Positions 35,761 to 35,862 of a stretch of DNA of 35,862 nt are shown here, one piece after another; position 1 is the stretch's first letter; every line of letters starts with the position of its first letter. The notes beneath the pieces are model-generated. The model saw only the letters and a program-made list of their open reading frames with translations. It had not been told where the DNA came from and did no database searches. This DNA comes from an uncultured Bacteroidota bacterium (GTDB lineage: Bacteria > Bacteroidota > Bacteroidia > UKL13-3): positions 1 through 35,862 of the forward strand of contig CAISTO010000012.1 in the NCBI GenBank assembly GCA_903888395.1, written 5' to 3'. Made by a program: the position numbers and the translations under genes.

Positions 35761-35862
35761 GGTTTTTTTACGTTTTAAAAGTTCCGCAATTTATAAATCT
35801 TTATTGGAATTTTTAAAAATGAAAAGTAGCATTAGCTTTGCCAAGCAATTTTTTAAGAAAAA

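Noticed and set aside
35819-35862. Possible start of a + strand CDS at the right window edge (ATG 35819: MKSSISFAKQFFKK...)
   Set aside because: Only 14 codons are visible, with no recognisable motif. This cannot be supported as a gene from the window.
1-35862. Mobile elements, prophage, defence islands (restriction-modification, CBASS, retrons, etc.), rRNA/tRNA genes
   Set aside because: No integrase, transposase, phage structural, nuclease/helicase defence-type or reverse-transcriptase ORFs are present. The intergenic regions are short, AT-rich and lack tRNA-like cloverleaf candidates. Apart from the TA cassette, the gene content is metabolic or housekeeping.

Overview
AT-rich Bacteroidota (Flavobacteriia-like) chromosomal segment. 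It carries SusC/SusD, a T9SS C-terminal sorting domain, and TAnnTTTG-type promoter motifs. About 30 convincing protein-coding genes. I saw no rRNA, tRNA, CRISPR array, transposase or integrase. Layout: (i) nt 1-13.7 kb is a glycan-utilisation region. It holds a membrane-anchored Y_Y_Y/LuxR one-component regulator (5' end outside the window), a SusC/SusD pair and a T9SS-sorted protein with two tandem CBM-like domains. It also holds two GH30 hydrolases (one lipoprotein, one SPI-secreted), an antisense alpha/beta hydrolase, an odd G-depleted repeat region and a GH97. (ii) A small RelE/ParE-type toxin-antitoxin module bracketed by terminators, then hutI and adenine deaminase. (iii) A minus-strand ABC-HlyD-TolC tripartite exporter operon. 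(iv) Housekeeping genes: yceD-rpmF-plsX-fabH-accB-accC, rarA, rpoN-aat, two tandem DUF6089 outer-membrane paralogues, trmB, a DEAD-box helicase and DUF4293. I do not see a clear-cut novel multi-gene system such as a defence island. The most unusual items I can support from the sequence are: (1) the ABC exporter's ATPase domain keeps Walker A but lacks the signature motif, Walker-B Glu, D-loop and H-loop His, and no cargo gene is nearby; (2) a compact PUL predicted to target beta-1,6-glucan, with a non-canonical regulator containing five exact 21-aa coiled-coil repeats and a T9SS-sorted binding protein in the SGBP position; (3) a 200-nt intergenic tract with about 69 C versus 6 G and internal repeats. 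Hairpin and motif coordinates were hand-derived and may be off by 1-2 nt.
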